Source: an uncultured Candidatus Saccharibacteria bacterium (GTDB lineage: Bacteria > Patescibacteriota > Saccharimonadia > Saccharimonadales > JAGQNJ01). From it: a DNA stretch of 64,000 bases. The translations under genes and the position numbers were made by a program. The stretch covers positions 66,748 to 130,747 of the forward strand of contig CAZPAW010000002.1 of the NCBI GenBank assembly GCA_964584895.1, in the 5' to 3' direction. This document shows positions 21,536 to 31,082 of this stretch, in pieces (position 1 is the first letter of the stretch; every line of letters starts with the position of its first letter). The notes below the pieces were generated by a model that was given only the letters and a program-made list of their open reading frames with translations, was not told the DNA's origin and did not search any database.

Positions 21536-22102
21536 ATGAGTGATCAATTACAAGAATTAGCAAATTCTTATAAAAAAACTAAAGTTGTCGATGTTCGATC
21601 TGGCGATACTGTAAAAGTCCATCAAAAAATTCGTGAAGGCAAAAAAGAACGAATCCAGATTTTTGAAGGATTAGTTATCCGAACCGATAACAAAAATAGT
21701 CATTTATCGCGAATCACTGTTCGGCGTGTCACTAGTGGTGTGGGTGTAGAAAAATCCTACCTACTACATTCTCCGATTGTCATGAAAGTTGAAGTAGTAA
21801 AAAGAAGCAAAGTTCGTCGGAAGTATCTTAGTTATATGCGTGAACTTACCGGTAAGTCAGCACGACTAACTGGCGTAAAGTTTGATAAAGAAGGCGTTAA
21901 CTCTGTTATTGATGAAAAAGCTGCAGAATTAGAGCGCAAGTTACATGAAGAACAACAAGCCAAACACGAAGCCGAGCAAGCCAAAAAAGCCGAAGAAGAA
22001 GCTAAGCTTGAAGCTAAAGTAGAACAAGCCAAAGCAAAACACGAAGTTGTTGAAAATAGTACCGAAGAACCACAAGATACAAAAACAGGCGAAACAAAAT
22101 AA
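21536..22102 (+). CDS. rplS: Ribosomal protein L19 with a long K/E/A-rich C-terminal extension
   Basis: L19 core (GDTVKVHQKIREGKKERIQIFEGLVI) followed by about 70 aa of EQQAKHEAEQAKKAEEEAKLEAK-type low-complexity tail. Confidence 0.9.
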   Translation: MSDQLQELANSYKKTKVVDVRSGDTVKVHQKIREGKKERIQIFEGLVIRTDNKNSHLSRITVRRVTSGVGVEKSYLLHSPIVMKVEVVKRSKVRRKYLSYMRELTGKSARLTGVKFDKEGVNSVIDEKAAELERKLHEEQQAKHEAEQAKKAEEEAKLEAKVEQAKAKHEVVENSTEEPQDTKTGETK

Positions 22103-22177
22103 AAAATCTTACTTAATTAGCAAAATTATTTGATATGTAATGGCTCAAAAGATTATACGGTGTGTATAATTATAAGT

Positions 22178-22456
22178 ATGTCTTATGGAGAACATAATAA
22201 TACTGGGAGCATTTTGGACACTAACGTTCCGTCGTCGTTGCAAAGAGCTAGAGAAAGAAACTCGCTTACTCTCGCTCAAATGCGTAGCGCTGACCTTGTA
22301 GAACGAGCCGTGTTAAAGCAAGAAGTTGAAGACTTAACTTTTGCACATACAGGACAAACACCCCAAGAAATCGAAGCAGCACGGGATGAATACTACACAA
22401 GAATGATGCATTCTGACGCTGACCTAGGTTGGGTGGCATTAAATGGTTGGGATTGA
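22178..22456 (+). CDS. Hypothetical protein (92 aa) between rplS and rnhB
   Basis: ATG 22178 is preceded by TGTGTATAAT (22161-22170) plus 7 nt. The ORF overlaps the rnhB start by 14 nt. The ORF track starts at TTG 22130. Confidence 0.5.
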   Translation: MSYGEHNNTGSILDTNVPSSLQRARERNSLTLAQMRSADLVERAVLKQEVEDLTFAHTGQTPQEIEAARDEYYTRMMHSDADLGWVALNGWD

Positions 22457-22997
22457 CGAAGTTGGACGTGGTGCTTGGGCAGGACCTCTACTGGTAGTAG
22501 CGGCAATTACTAAAACAACACTACCTGTAGGGTTAAAGGATTCAAAGGTTTTATCAAAAAAGAAGCGAGAACAACTATTTTCTCAACTAATTGATTCATG
22601 CTATTTCGGAGAAGGCTGGGTTAGTAATACAGAAATTGATAAATTTGGGCTAACTAAGGCGATGAAGTTAGGTGTAAAACGTGCACTCTCTACTCTTGGT
22701 TGTCAACCCTCAGATCTTATTATTATGGATGGCAAGATTAATTACTGTGGCTATGAGTTTACGAATGTACGGTGCTTACCAAAAGCGGACGCGGCGTATC
22801 CGATTGTTAGTGCGGCTAGTATCTATGCAAAAGTAGTTCGTGATAATAGAATGAATGATCTATCGACACAGTATCCAGGATATGGGTTCGAAAATCACGT
22901 AGGATATGGTACAAAAATGCATCAAAAATCACTAAAATTGTTGGGTGTTTCCACAATTCACAGATTGTCATACAAACCCGTCAAATCTTTTGTATGA
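22443..22997 (+). CDS. rnhB: Ribonuclease HII
   Basis: 184 aa with GIDEVGRGAWAGPL at the N-terminus. Confidence 0.9.
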   Translation: MVGIDEVGRGAWAGPLLVVAAITKTTLPVGLKDSKVLSKKKREQLFSQLIDSCYFGEGWVSNTEIDKFGLTKAMKLGVKRALSTLGCQPSDLIIMDGKINYCGYEFTNVRCLPKADAAYPIVSAASIYAKVVRDNRMNDLSTQYPGYGFENHVGYGTKMHQKSLKLLGVSTIHRLSYKPVKSFV

Positions 22998-23338
22998 ATA
23001 CTACCTCTATTGGTCGACGAGCAGAAAATGCGGCAGTAATTTATCTAGAAGATCAAAGTTTTTTAGTTATTGATCAAAACTGGCGAAAGCCACAATGTGA
23101 AATTGATATTGTCGCAAAAAAGAACAACCGAATCTATTTTGTCGAAGTAAAATATCGCAAGTCAACTGAATTTGGGGGTGGTCTTGACTATATAACGTCC
23201 AAAAAACAAAAACAGATGCATTTTGCGGCCTCGACATGGTGTGCATACAATAATTGGGCAGGTGATTATTGTCTGTCGGCTATTGAGGTAACTGGAAATA
23301 ATTTTATTGTTAGTGAATTTATTGAAGATATTTTTTGA
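22994..23338 (+). CDS. YraN-family (UPF0102) endonuclease-like protein
   Basis: 114 aa. The pattern matches UPF0102 (EIDIVAKK...FVEVKYR). ATGA overlap with rnhB. Confidence 0.8.
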   Translation: MNTTSIGRRAENAAVIYLEDQSFLVIDQNWRKPQCEIDIVAKKNNRIYFVEVKYRKSTEFGGGLDYITSKKQKQMHFAASTWCAYNNWAGDYCLSAIEVTGNNFIVSEFIEDIF

Positions 23339-25865
23339 TTTTTAATTCGTCTCGTTTACGCCAAGCAATTCTTGATTGAATATCCGATAAGCCTATTTCG
23401 ATATTATGTTTCAAAACTTTATTTTCAATTAATGGCATAAAGAGATCCTCGTATTTCTTTTTATGTTTGTCGGTCGTTACTACGCTTGCAAAATATGTCG
23501 GGAGATAATCAAATGATTTGCTTTCTCCGATTTCTTTTTCTATCCATCGCCAATTATCTACACAAAATTTCCACATTATATCTCGGGTGTAGTAGTTTCT
23601 TAAAAATAGCACAATCCATCTAGATAGATCTTGTGCCCGTACAAAACCTGATTTACCCAAGGCTTTAGAAATCACTAAATTAGCGTGTTCTGGGTTTCTT
23701 GTAGAGGAAAGACCAGCCACGATATCCAACTGTAGATCAGGCGAGGCATGTTCGTATCTATCTACAAGGACATTAATTGTTTTTATTCCAAGCTCTCTAA
23801 CGGCGGCACTGATTATAACTGATCTAATTTCAGAAGGAATGTCATCGATTTTTTTGGAGTTATACAAAGAAACTGCTGTTTGTAAAGACTTTTCATCATC
23901 GGAGCCAACCATTATAGATATTAGCGTTCGTCTAAATTGTTTTGTGTTTGAGTCGTCAGTTTTTTTATCGTGCCAACCGAGTTTTTTAATATGACTTATA
24001 GCTAAATCCATTTTTAATTTTTTTAATCTTTTCTCGGTTATTTTGTCCCCCTCTGTTAACTGATGAGCGGCGCCTATTATACGTAGCATTAACGACCATA
24101 CGCTATCGCGGGTTTCTGGTTGATTTGCAACAACAATTTTTAAGCCGTCAACAATTGAATTATCCCCACGGCGCGCAAGCATATATAAGTCATTTAAAGT
24201 GTTGATTCGGCCTTCTGCTGGCATAGAATCTTCATGTAAGGCTTTTGTAACTGTTTTTTTGTGAGCCTCTGATAAATAATCTACAAAATAATGACCACTT
24301 CCGTGAGTGTTGAGAAGTGTATTAACGTCGCCGTCTACAGTCAATGATTGAGTTTTCATTATTTCAGGATGGATAGAGTTGTTGGCGAGAAGCGGAATAG
24401 GCCATATAGTCGCATCTTTTTTGTCAGTATCAAGCAAAAAACGCTGTTGTTTTATAAGTAGCCCATCATTAGATTCGCTAACGTGAATAACGGGCATCCC
24501 CGGTTGGGTAATCCAGGCATCCATAAGAGCTGGCACATCGTGCTTAGTAACAGAACCAAGCGAGTCCCAAAGATCGTTTCTAGTAGCATTAGAATATGCA
24601 AATTTTTCAAAGTATTTTTTTAAGCCTATTCGAAAATCAGAATCTCCGATATATTCGCGCAACATTTTTAGTAGACGTCCGCCTTTAGCATAGACAATGC
24701 CGGGATCAAATAGACTTTCAATTAGTTCTGGATCACTGACTTTTACTGTAACTGGCTGGATATCTTTGTAGATATCACGGCTTGAAGTCGATAAAACGTC
24801 CTGCGATGTATATAGCTCCCATTGATTCCATTCTGGGTGAATGTTATCTAGCGCAATATGTTCCATAATGCTGGCAAAACTTTCATTCAGCCAGAGATCG
24901 TCCCACCATTTCATTGTCACAAGATTTCCGAACCATTGATGCGATATCTCGTGCGCTATAACTAGGCTAACGTATTGTTCAGATGAAATCGATCGATTAT
25001 TTGGATCAGCCAGTAGTACGATTTCTCGATATGTAATCAAGCCCCAGTTTTCCATTGCCCCCGCGTCAAAGTCGGGTAAAGCTACCATGTCGAGTTTTTT
25101 CAAAGGAAAAGGAACTTGAAAATAATCACTGAAGAAATCGAGTATTTTTACGCCTTCATCAACCGAATATTGCAGATGAGTTTTGTCACGAGCGCTACAG
25201 GCCCAGCTCCTAATAAGAGTGCCATCTTTTGCTATCGACTCAATGTAATGCATGTCTCCTGTTACGAAAGCCAGTAAATAGGTTGACATTTTAGGAGTTG
25301 TTTTAAAGGTGGTTATTTTGCGACTATTGATGATTTTTGTTGAATCTTCTTCCGTATTCGACAAAACTATATCCGATTTATCGGTTATAAGAGTTAGGTC
25401 GAAAGTTGCTTTTGCAGAAGGTTCGTCGATGCAAGGGAAGGCTTTTCGAGCGTGGTGGCTTTCGAATTGGGTTGCTATGAGTGATTTTTTCTTGCCTTTA
25501 TCTGTAAAATTACTCTTATATATCCCGAGCATTTCTTTAGAAATTTTCGCTGAAAATGTTAATCTGACTTTATATAGTCCGGGATAAATTATTGAATCAG
25601 TATGTAGCCTAGCTTCATGTAGCTTATTTTGTAAATTAATACGCGAGACCGTGATTTGCTCATAAAGTTTAACGTTAAATATCTCTGCTCTTGATATTTT
25701 TAAATGATTTTGATGAAAAGTTATTCGTTTACTTGGCCGTCCGACTTTTTTGCCGAGCACAATTAGTTCACCAGTAACTTGGTTATTGTCTTTATCAATA
25801 TCAAATTTAATTTGATAGTTTTGAGGCTCGAATTGACCTATGAGTTGCTTTACAGATTTTGCCAT
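23319..25865 (-). CDS. pepN: M1-family aminopeptidase N
   Basis: 848 aa with GAMENWG and the HEISHQWFGN...WLNESFA zinc-binding motifs. Confidence 0.9.
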   Translation of the reverse strand: MAKSVKQLIGQFEPQNYQIKFDIDKDNNQVTGELIVLGKKVGRPSKRITFHQNHLKISRAEIFNVKLYEQITVSRINLQNKLHEARLHTDSIIYPGLYKVRLTFSAKISKEMLGIYKSNFTDKGKKKSLIATQFESHHARKAFPCIDEPSAKATFDLTLITDKSDIVLSNTEEDSTKIINSRKITTFKTTPKMSTYLLAFVTGDMHYIESIAKDGTLIRSWACSARDKTHLQYSVDEGVKILDFFSDYFQVPFPLKKLDMVALPDFDAGAMENWGLITYREIVLLADPNNRSISSEQYVSLVIAHEISHQWFGNLVTMKWWDDLWLNESFASIMEHIALDNIHPEWNQWELYTSQDVLSTSSRDIYKDIQPVTVKVSDPELIESLFDPGIVYAKGGRLLKMLREYIGDSDFRIGLKKYFEKFAYSNATRNDLWDSLGSVTKHDVPALMDAWITQPGMPVIHVSESNDGLLIKQQRFLLDTDKKDATIWPIPLLANNSIHPEIMKTQSLTVDGDVNTLLNTHGSGHYFVDYLSEAHKKTVTKALHEDSMPAEGRINTLNDLYMLARRGDNSIVDGLKIVVANQPETRDSVWSLMLRIIGAAHQLTEGDKITEKRLKKLKMDLAISHIKKLGWHDKKTDDSNTKQFRRTLISIMVGSDDEKSLQTAVSLYNSKKIDDIPSEIRSVIISAAVRELGIKTINVLVDRYEHASPDLQLDIVAGLSSTRNPEHANLVISKALGKSGFVRAQDLSRWIVLFLRNYYTRDIMWKFCVDNWRWIEKEIGESKSFDYLPTYFASVVTTDKHKKKYEDLFMPLIENKVLKHNIEIGLSDIQSRIAWRKRDELKIKKYLQ

Positions 25866-25900
25866 ATAACAAATATACTAACATGTAGAAAGGCTTAAGC

Positions 25901-25929
25901 TTGACTGATTATCAATAGACTGATAATAT
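25901..25929 (+). promoter_or_regulatory. Sigma70-type promoter upstream of nusA
   Basis: TTGACT (25901-25906), 17-bp spacer, TAATAT (25924-25929). Confidence 0.5.
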
Positions 25930-25941
25930 CATAACTAGTTT

Positions 25942-25966
25942 GGTCGGCCGGAAGGTCGACTTTTTA
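25942..25966 (+). terminator. Intrinsic-terminator-like hairpin in the nusA leader
   Basis: Stem GTCGGCC / GGTCGAC (one G-T pair) with a GGAA loop, followed by TTTTT (25961-25965). Lies between the promoter and the nusA RBS. Confidence 0.45.
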
Positions 25967-25989
25967 AATATTTAACGAAAGGAATAATT

Positions 25990-27183
25990 ATGGATTTAGA
26001 CATGAAACAACTCGCTCTTGCCGTGAGAACAATTGCTGAAGAAAAAAACCTACCAGAAGAGACTGTTAAGGAAAGTGTCGAACAAGCACTAGCTGCTGCT
26101 TATAGACGTGATTATGGCGATAGAGAACAAGAAGTAAGAGTGTCGATGAACCTAAATACTGGTGATGTTGATGCGTATGTTACTAAGGACATCGTAGATA
26201 ATGTAGAAGATGATAAGACCCAGATTAGCATTAAAGATGCAAGTGTTATGAAAAAAGACGCAAAAGTTGGTGACCAAATAGAGGTTCACCAATCTGTTGA
26301 AAGTTTTGGTCGTGTTGCTGCTCAGACTGCTAAACAAGTAATTTTACAGAAGCTACGTGAGAGTGAGCGTGAAATCATCTTAGCAGAATATGAAGACAAA
26401 ATTGGAACAGTGATAAATGGGATCGTATCCAGAGTAGAGGGAAGACTTGTACGCGTTGATATTGGAAAAGCTCAGGGTATTATGCCCTCTAGCGAACAAA
26501 TTCAAGGAGAGCACTACTACAGCGGTCAGAGGGTTAAAGTATATCTAAAAGATGTCGAAAAAGGACTTCGAGGACCTCAGTTAATCGTATCAAGAGGAAA
26601 TGCTGAGTTTATTGAATGGTTATTCAGAAATGAAGTCCCAGAGATGGAGAACGGCGCAGTAGAAATTAAAAAAATAGCCCGTGAAGCTGGAGTAAGAACT
26701 AAACTAGCTGTTAATTCAACAGTTCCAGGCGTAGATCCTGTAGGGACATTCGTTGGCGGTCACGGTACTAGGGTAAACGCGGTTATGAGCGAAGTTGGCG
26801 AACAAGAAAAAATTGATATTGTTGTTTGGGATGATGACGTAAAGCAATTCATTATTAATGCGCTTAGCCCAACAAAAGTAACTAAAGTAGAGATCGACGA
26901 AAAGACGAAAAAAGCAAAAGTATTTGTACCAGAAGATCAATTATCGATTGCAATCGGTAAAAGTGGCCAAAATGTACGATTAGCAAGTAAAATTTCTGGA
27001 TACGAACTTGATATTGAAGGCGATAATTCGACTGCTCAACAATCTGAAACTGAAGTAAATGAAAAGTCGTTACATCAACAACAATCAGATGCCTCTACAG
27101 AAGTAAAACCAAAGAAACTCAAGAAAAAATCAGAATTAGAAAGTAGTTTACTGGAAGCAGTCGAAGAACACGGTGAAGAATAA
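25990..27183 (+). CDS. nusA: Transcription termination/antitermination factor NusA
   Basis: 397 aa with NusA N-terminal, S1 and two KH domains and an acidic tail. RBS AAAGGA 6 nt upstream. Confidence 0.95.
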   Translation: MDLDMKQLALAVRTIAEEKNLPEETVKESVEQALAAAYRRDYGDREQEVRVSMNLNTGDVDAYVTKDIVDNVEDDKTQISIKDASVMKKDAKVGDQIEVHQSVESFGRVAAQTAKQVILQKLRESEREIILAEYEDKIGTVINGIVSRVEGRLVRVDIGKAQGIMPSSEQIQGEHYYSGQRVKVYLKDVEKGLRGPQLIVSRGNAEFIEWLFRNEVPEMENGAVEIKKIAREAGVRTKLAVNSTVPGVDPVGTFVGGHGTRVNAVMSEVGEQEKIDIVVWDDDVKQFIINALSPTKVTKVEIDEKTKKAKVFVPEDQLSIAIGKSGQNVRLASKISGYELDIEGDNSTAQQSETEVNEKSLHQQQSDASTEVKPKKLKKKSELESSLLEAVEEHGEE

Positions 27184-27503
27184 TATATATCAACAATAGA
27201 AAAATTAGTAATACACACTTTACTCATGTCAAGAATACCGACCAAACATCATTGCTAGAATTCCCCAATAACAGCATATATTGCATCTATTTACTGCAGT
27301 CCTGATGAAAGAATGTTAATGAGCTGCACTCTTGACCCATGTCAAGACTGCCAAGTACTTACATGCACTAATACATCTATCATCGTACAGTTGACCTCTA
27401 CTTTCTCCAGTCCAACCAGTAGTAGCCATAGCTACAACTGGTTCAGGGCTTCAAAACTATAGTCCAACTGCATCACTGCTAACTGCATTATTGCACGCAA
27501 GTA

Positions 27504-27541
27504 TTGGCACTCTTGACATGAGAGTGCTAATTTCATAATAT
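27504..27541 (+). promoter_or_regulatory. CIRCE operator overlapping the clpC promoter
   Basis: TTGGCACTC-ttgacatga-GAGTGCTAA (27504-27530) versus the consensus TTAGCACTC-N9-GAGTGCTAA. TTGACA (27513-27518) lies in the spacer, then 17 bp, then TAATAT (27536-27541). Confidence 0.75.
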
Positions 27542-27593
27542 GGGAGTACGATTAAAAAATCGGCAATAAATTTTATAGAGGGATAACTAACAA

Positions 27594-30068
27594 ATGCACC
27601 CAAATTCATCAGACTTTCAAGAATTTTTAAACCACTTGTCAGAAAACGCATTGCAAAGTTTGCGTCATGCGGATGCAATTGCAAGAACCGCTAACGATCC
27701 ATATGTCGGCACTGAACATTTACTTTTAGGTGTTTTAGCTCAAGAAGGATCTTTGGGGCATAAGATTTTAGTAGACGCCGGTGTAACTTTAGAAAAAGCA
27801 AGAGTCGCACTAAAGCTCAATCCAAAAAATATCATTATTAATCTTGGTGCAAAAGGCCTGAGTGAAACAGCGAAACTGACACTTAAGATGGCTTATGATA
27901 TCGCACAAGAGTTTAACCAAGAGTTATGCGGTACAGAACATATTGTTTATAGTATTTTGAGTCAAAAAAATGCACGGGCTACAGTCTTAATTAGAGAGAT
28001 GAGTGTTGATGTTGATAGGTTGGTAGCTGAATTAGAACAATTCTTGAATAAACAACAGTATAGCGAATCAAACGGCATAAGTTCATCTAAACGTACAAAA
28101 AAGACACGAAAAACAGCTTTAGATTTTTTTGGGACTGATTTAACTCTTCAAGCAAGAGAAGTAAAGTTAGACCCAGTTGTTGGCAGAGACCCTCAAATTC
28201 GACGCCTTATTACAATTTTAAATCGAAGAACCAAAAACAATCCTGTTTTGATTGGGGAGCCAGGTGTTGGTAAAACTGCAATAGTCGAGGGTCTAGCTCA
28301 AAGAATTATTAGTGAGGACGTACCAGATAGTCTGCTTGAAAAGCGGGTTGTTATGCTTGACTTAGCTGGAATGATTGCTGGTACAAAATACAGAGGTGAA
28401 TTTGAAGATAGATTAAAAAAGGTAATGGCTGAACTAGAACAGAATAAGAATACTATAGTCTTTATAGACGAACTTCATTTAATAGTTGGGGCCGGTTCTG
28501 CTGAAGGGGCTATGGATGCAGGCAATATTTTAAAGCCAGCATTGGCACGCGGAAAAATACAATTAATTGGCGCAACAACTACTAACGAATACACTAAACA
28601 TATTGAAAAAGATGCAGCTTTAGAACGTAGACTGCAACCAATCCAAGTACCAGAGACGAGTATTAATGAAACGATAGCTATATTAAAGGGTTTGAGAAAA
28701 AATTATGAGTCTTTCCATGGAGTAACAATCAGTGATGACGTAATTGAGGATACTGTACAACTTGCAAAACGATATATAAATGACAGGTTTATGCCAGACA
28801 AAGCGATTGATTTGATTGATGAAACAGCAGCGCATTTAAGATTAGACAAAGGACGCACTCCGCCCGAAGTACGCAGATTAAAGCAAGAACTAAAACTTTT
28901 AAATACAAGAATCGAAGATGCTGTAGAAGCCGAAGATTACGAAAGAGCGGCTCAAAATAAGCAACGAGCAAGCCAAATTCAAGAAGAACTCAAAAAACTA
29001 CATTCAGATGAGAAGAACAATAAGCCTCTTACAATGAGCAGTGATGATGTTGCGGCTACTGTAGCAAGAATAACTGGAGTACCGACAAAGAAAGTAATAC
29101 GTTCTGAAGCAAAATACCTTATGACCTTAGAGAAGTCATTAGGAAAATACGTAATAGGTCAAAATGAGGCTGTTGAAGCGGTCTCTAAAGCAATTCGCAG
29201 AAACCGTTCAGGTGTAGGTAGCGAAAAACGTCCTGTAGGTTCATTCATATTTTTGGGCCCGACAGGGGTTGGAAAGACTGAACTTGCACGAGTCTTAGCA
29301 AGAGAATTTTATGGTTCTGAAGAAGCTTTGGTTAAGATTGACATGAGTGAATTCAGCGAAAGACACACAGCTGCTAGGTTGGTTGGAGCACCTGCTGGCT
29401 ATGTAGGGTACGATGACGGCGGACAATTAACAGATAAAATCAGGCGGCAACCGTATAGTCTAGTTTTGTTTGACGAAATTGAAAAAGCACATCCTGACGT
29501 GTTCAATATGTTACTTCAAATGCTTGAAGATGGACATCTGACTGATGCAAAAGGTAGAAAAATTGATTTTACTAATACTATTGTAATCATGACTAGTAAC
29601 ATTGGGGCTGAAAAACTTCAGAAAGAAGCTAATCTTGGATTCTCTGCAACATCTGCAAAACAATTAGAAAACCTTGACGAACTACATAAAGCAAACAAAG
29701 ATAAAGTGCTAGATGACTTAAAAAAGATGTTACGACCAGAACTAATTAATAGAATTGATAAAATTGTAGTATTTAGAGCGTTAACCAAAAAAGATATTAT
29801 TAAGATTCTTGATCTTCAAATCGAAGAACTCCGAGAACGACTTGTCAAACACGGCTTAAGCGTAAAACTAACTTCTAAAGCAAAGAAATACATGCTAGAC
29901 AATGGTTATGATTCTAAAAACGGCGTGAGACCACTTAGAAGATTGCTGCAGGATACCTTAGAGGACTATATTGCTAGCGAACTATTAACGGATCAGTACA
30001 AAAAAGGAGATATTGTATCCATCGATTCAAACAAAAAAGAGCTAGTCTATACAGTTACCAACGAATAA
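27594..30068 (+). CDS. clpC: ATP-dependent Clp protease ATP-binding subunit ClpC
   Basis: 824 aa. Clp_N repeats, two AAA+ modules ([16 protein letters not shown]) and a UVR-like linker. Confidence 0.93.
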   Translation: MHPNSSDFQEFLNHLSENALQSLRHADAIARTANDPYVGTEHLLLGVLAQEGSLGHKILVDAGVTLEKARVALKLNPKNIIINLGAKGLSETAKLTLKMAYDIAQEFNQELCGTEHIVYSILSQKNARATVLIREMSVDVDRLVAELEQFLNKQQYSESNGISSSKRTKKTRKTALDFFGTDLTLQAREVKLDPVVGRDPQIRRLITILNRRTKNNPVLIGEPGVGKTAIVEGLAQRIISEDVPDSLLEKRVVMLDLAGMIAGTKYRGEFEDRLKKVMAELEQNKNTIVFIDELHLIVGAGSAEGAMDAGNILKPALARGKIQLIGATTTNEYTKHIEKDAALERRLQPIQVPETSINETIAILKGLRKNYESFHGVTISDDVIEDTVQLAKRYINDRFMPDKAIDLIDETAAHLRLDKGRTPPEVRRLKQELKLLNTRIEDAVEAEDYERAAQNKQRASQIQEELKKLHSDEKNNKPLTMSSDDVAATVARITGVPTKKVIRSEAKYLMTLEKSLGKYVIGQNEAVEAVSKAIRRNRSGVGSEKRPVGSFIFLGPTGVGKTELARVLAREFYGSEEALVKIDMSEFSERHTAARLVGAPAGYVGYDDGGQLTDKIRRQPYSLVLFDEIEKAHPDVFNMLLQMLEDGHLTDAKGRKIDFTNTIVIMTSNIGAEKLQKEANLGFSATSAKQLENLDELHKANKDKVLDDLKKMLRPELINRIDKIVVFRALTKKDIIKILDLQIEELRERLVKHGLSVKLTSKAKKYMLDNGYDSKNGVRPLRRLLQDTLEDYIASELLTDQYKKGDIVSIDSNKKELVYTVTNE

Positions 30069-30089
30069 TCATATATAATTTAATGTAGC

Positions 30090-31061
30090 ATGGCATTCAG
30101 ACGACCAAAAATAGCTAGTTTTGTTTTCGTAGGTTTCTTAATATTTTTCAGTCTAGGTTTTTACTTCAGGCAGAATATATTTGATTGGTATAGATTGTAT
30201 TCATATAAACCTTCATCAGAGATTGCTCAAATAGCCAAAAAAACATCTATGACAGACAAAGGCAGGCAGTACTTCTATGTCATGCACCCTGTCATTAGCA
30301 ATAAAGAAGATTTTAATCAAAAGTGTAGACAAGATATGCCAACCGAATTTTCAATAATTTTGGGATGTTATATAAGAAACGATGGTATTTATCTATACAA
30401 AGTAGTCGACCAAAGGTTGAATGGCATAATTGAAGTAACGGCGGCACATGAAATGCTACATTCGGCGTATGATCGTATGAGTGAATCTGAAAAAGAGAAA
30501 GTCAATCAAATGTTATTATCGGCTTATTCAAAGATCGACAATCAAAGAATAATCAAAACTGTAGAACAATACTCTAAACAAGATCCATCAAGCACTCCTA
30601 ATGAGCTACATTCAATTCTAGGAACTGAGGTGAGTCAGCTTCCAAATGAACTTGAGAATTACTATAAAAAGTATTTTACTGATAGGAAAAAAATAACTGA
30701 CTTATCTAGTGGTTATGAATCAGAGTTTAGTTCGAGACAAGCAAAGGCCGAACAAATACAAAATCAACTGAATATAATTAAATCAAAATATGAAAATAAT
30801 TTAAAAACGGCACAGAGTTACCGCAATCAGTTAATAGAAGATAAGAAAACTCTCGAGAGACTACTTCAATCTCAATCAACAGATCAATATAATTCATTAG
30901 TTGATTCTTATAACCAAAAAGTAAATGAGTATAATCAATTAGTTAGGCAAATTACGAATCAAATTGATGTATATAACAATCTAGTCAAAGAGTATCAAAA
31001 TAATTCTCTTGAGATTAATAATTTGTACGAATCAATCGACAGCCGTCCGTCTGAAATTTAA
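30090..31061 (+). CDS. Membrane-anchored hypothetical protein with an HExxH motif and a Q/N-rich coiled-coil tail
   Basis: 323 aa. N-terminal TM (FVFVGFLIFFSLGFYF), AAHEMLH motif, and a C-terminal third rich in Q/N heptads. Confidence 0.55.
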   Translation: MAFRRPKIASFVFVGFLIFFSLGFYFRQNIFDWYRLYSYKPSSEIAQIAKKTSMTDKGRQYFYVMHPVISNKEDFNQKCRQDMPTEFSIILGCYIRNDGIYLYKVVDQRLNGIIEVTAAHEMLHSAYDRMSESEKEKVNQMLLSAYSKIDNQRIIKTVEQYSKQDPSSTPNELHSILGTEVSQLPNELENYYKKYFTDRKKITDLSSGYESEFSSRQAKAEQIQNQLNIIKSKYENNLKTAQSYRNQLIEDKKTLERLLQSQSTDQYNSLVDSYNQKVNEYNQLVRQITNQIDVYNNLVKEYQNNSLEINNLYESIDSRPSEI

Positions 31062-31082
31062 TCTGTTACAATAATTTACATA

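Noticed and set aside
27457-27684. Minus-strand 75-aa ORF across the clpC start and CIRCE
   Set aside because: It is antisense to the conserved clpC N-terminus and to the operator/promoter. Only its last 20 codons (MSRVPIL...) are noted as one of the repeated mini-ORFs.
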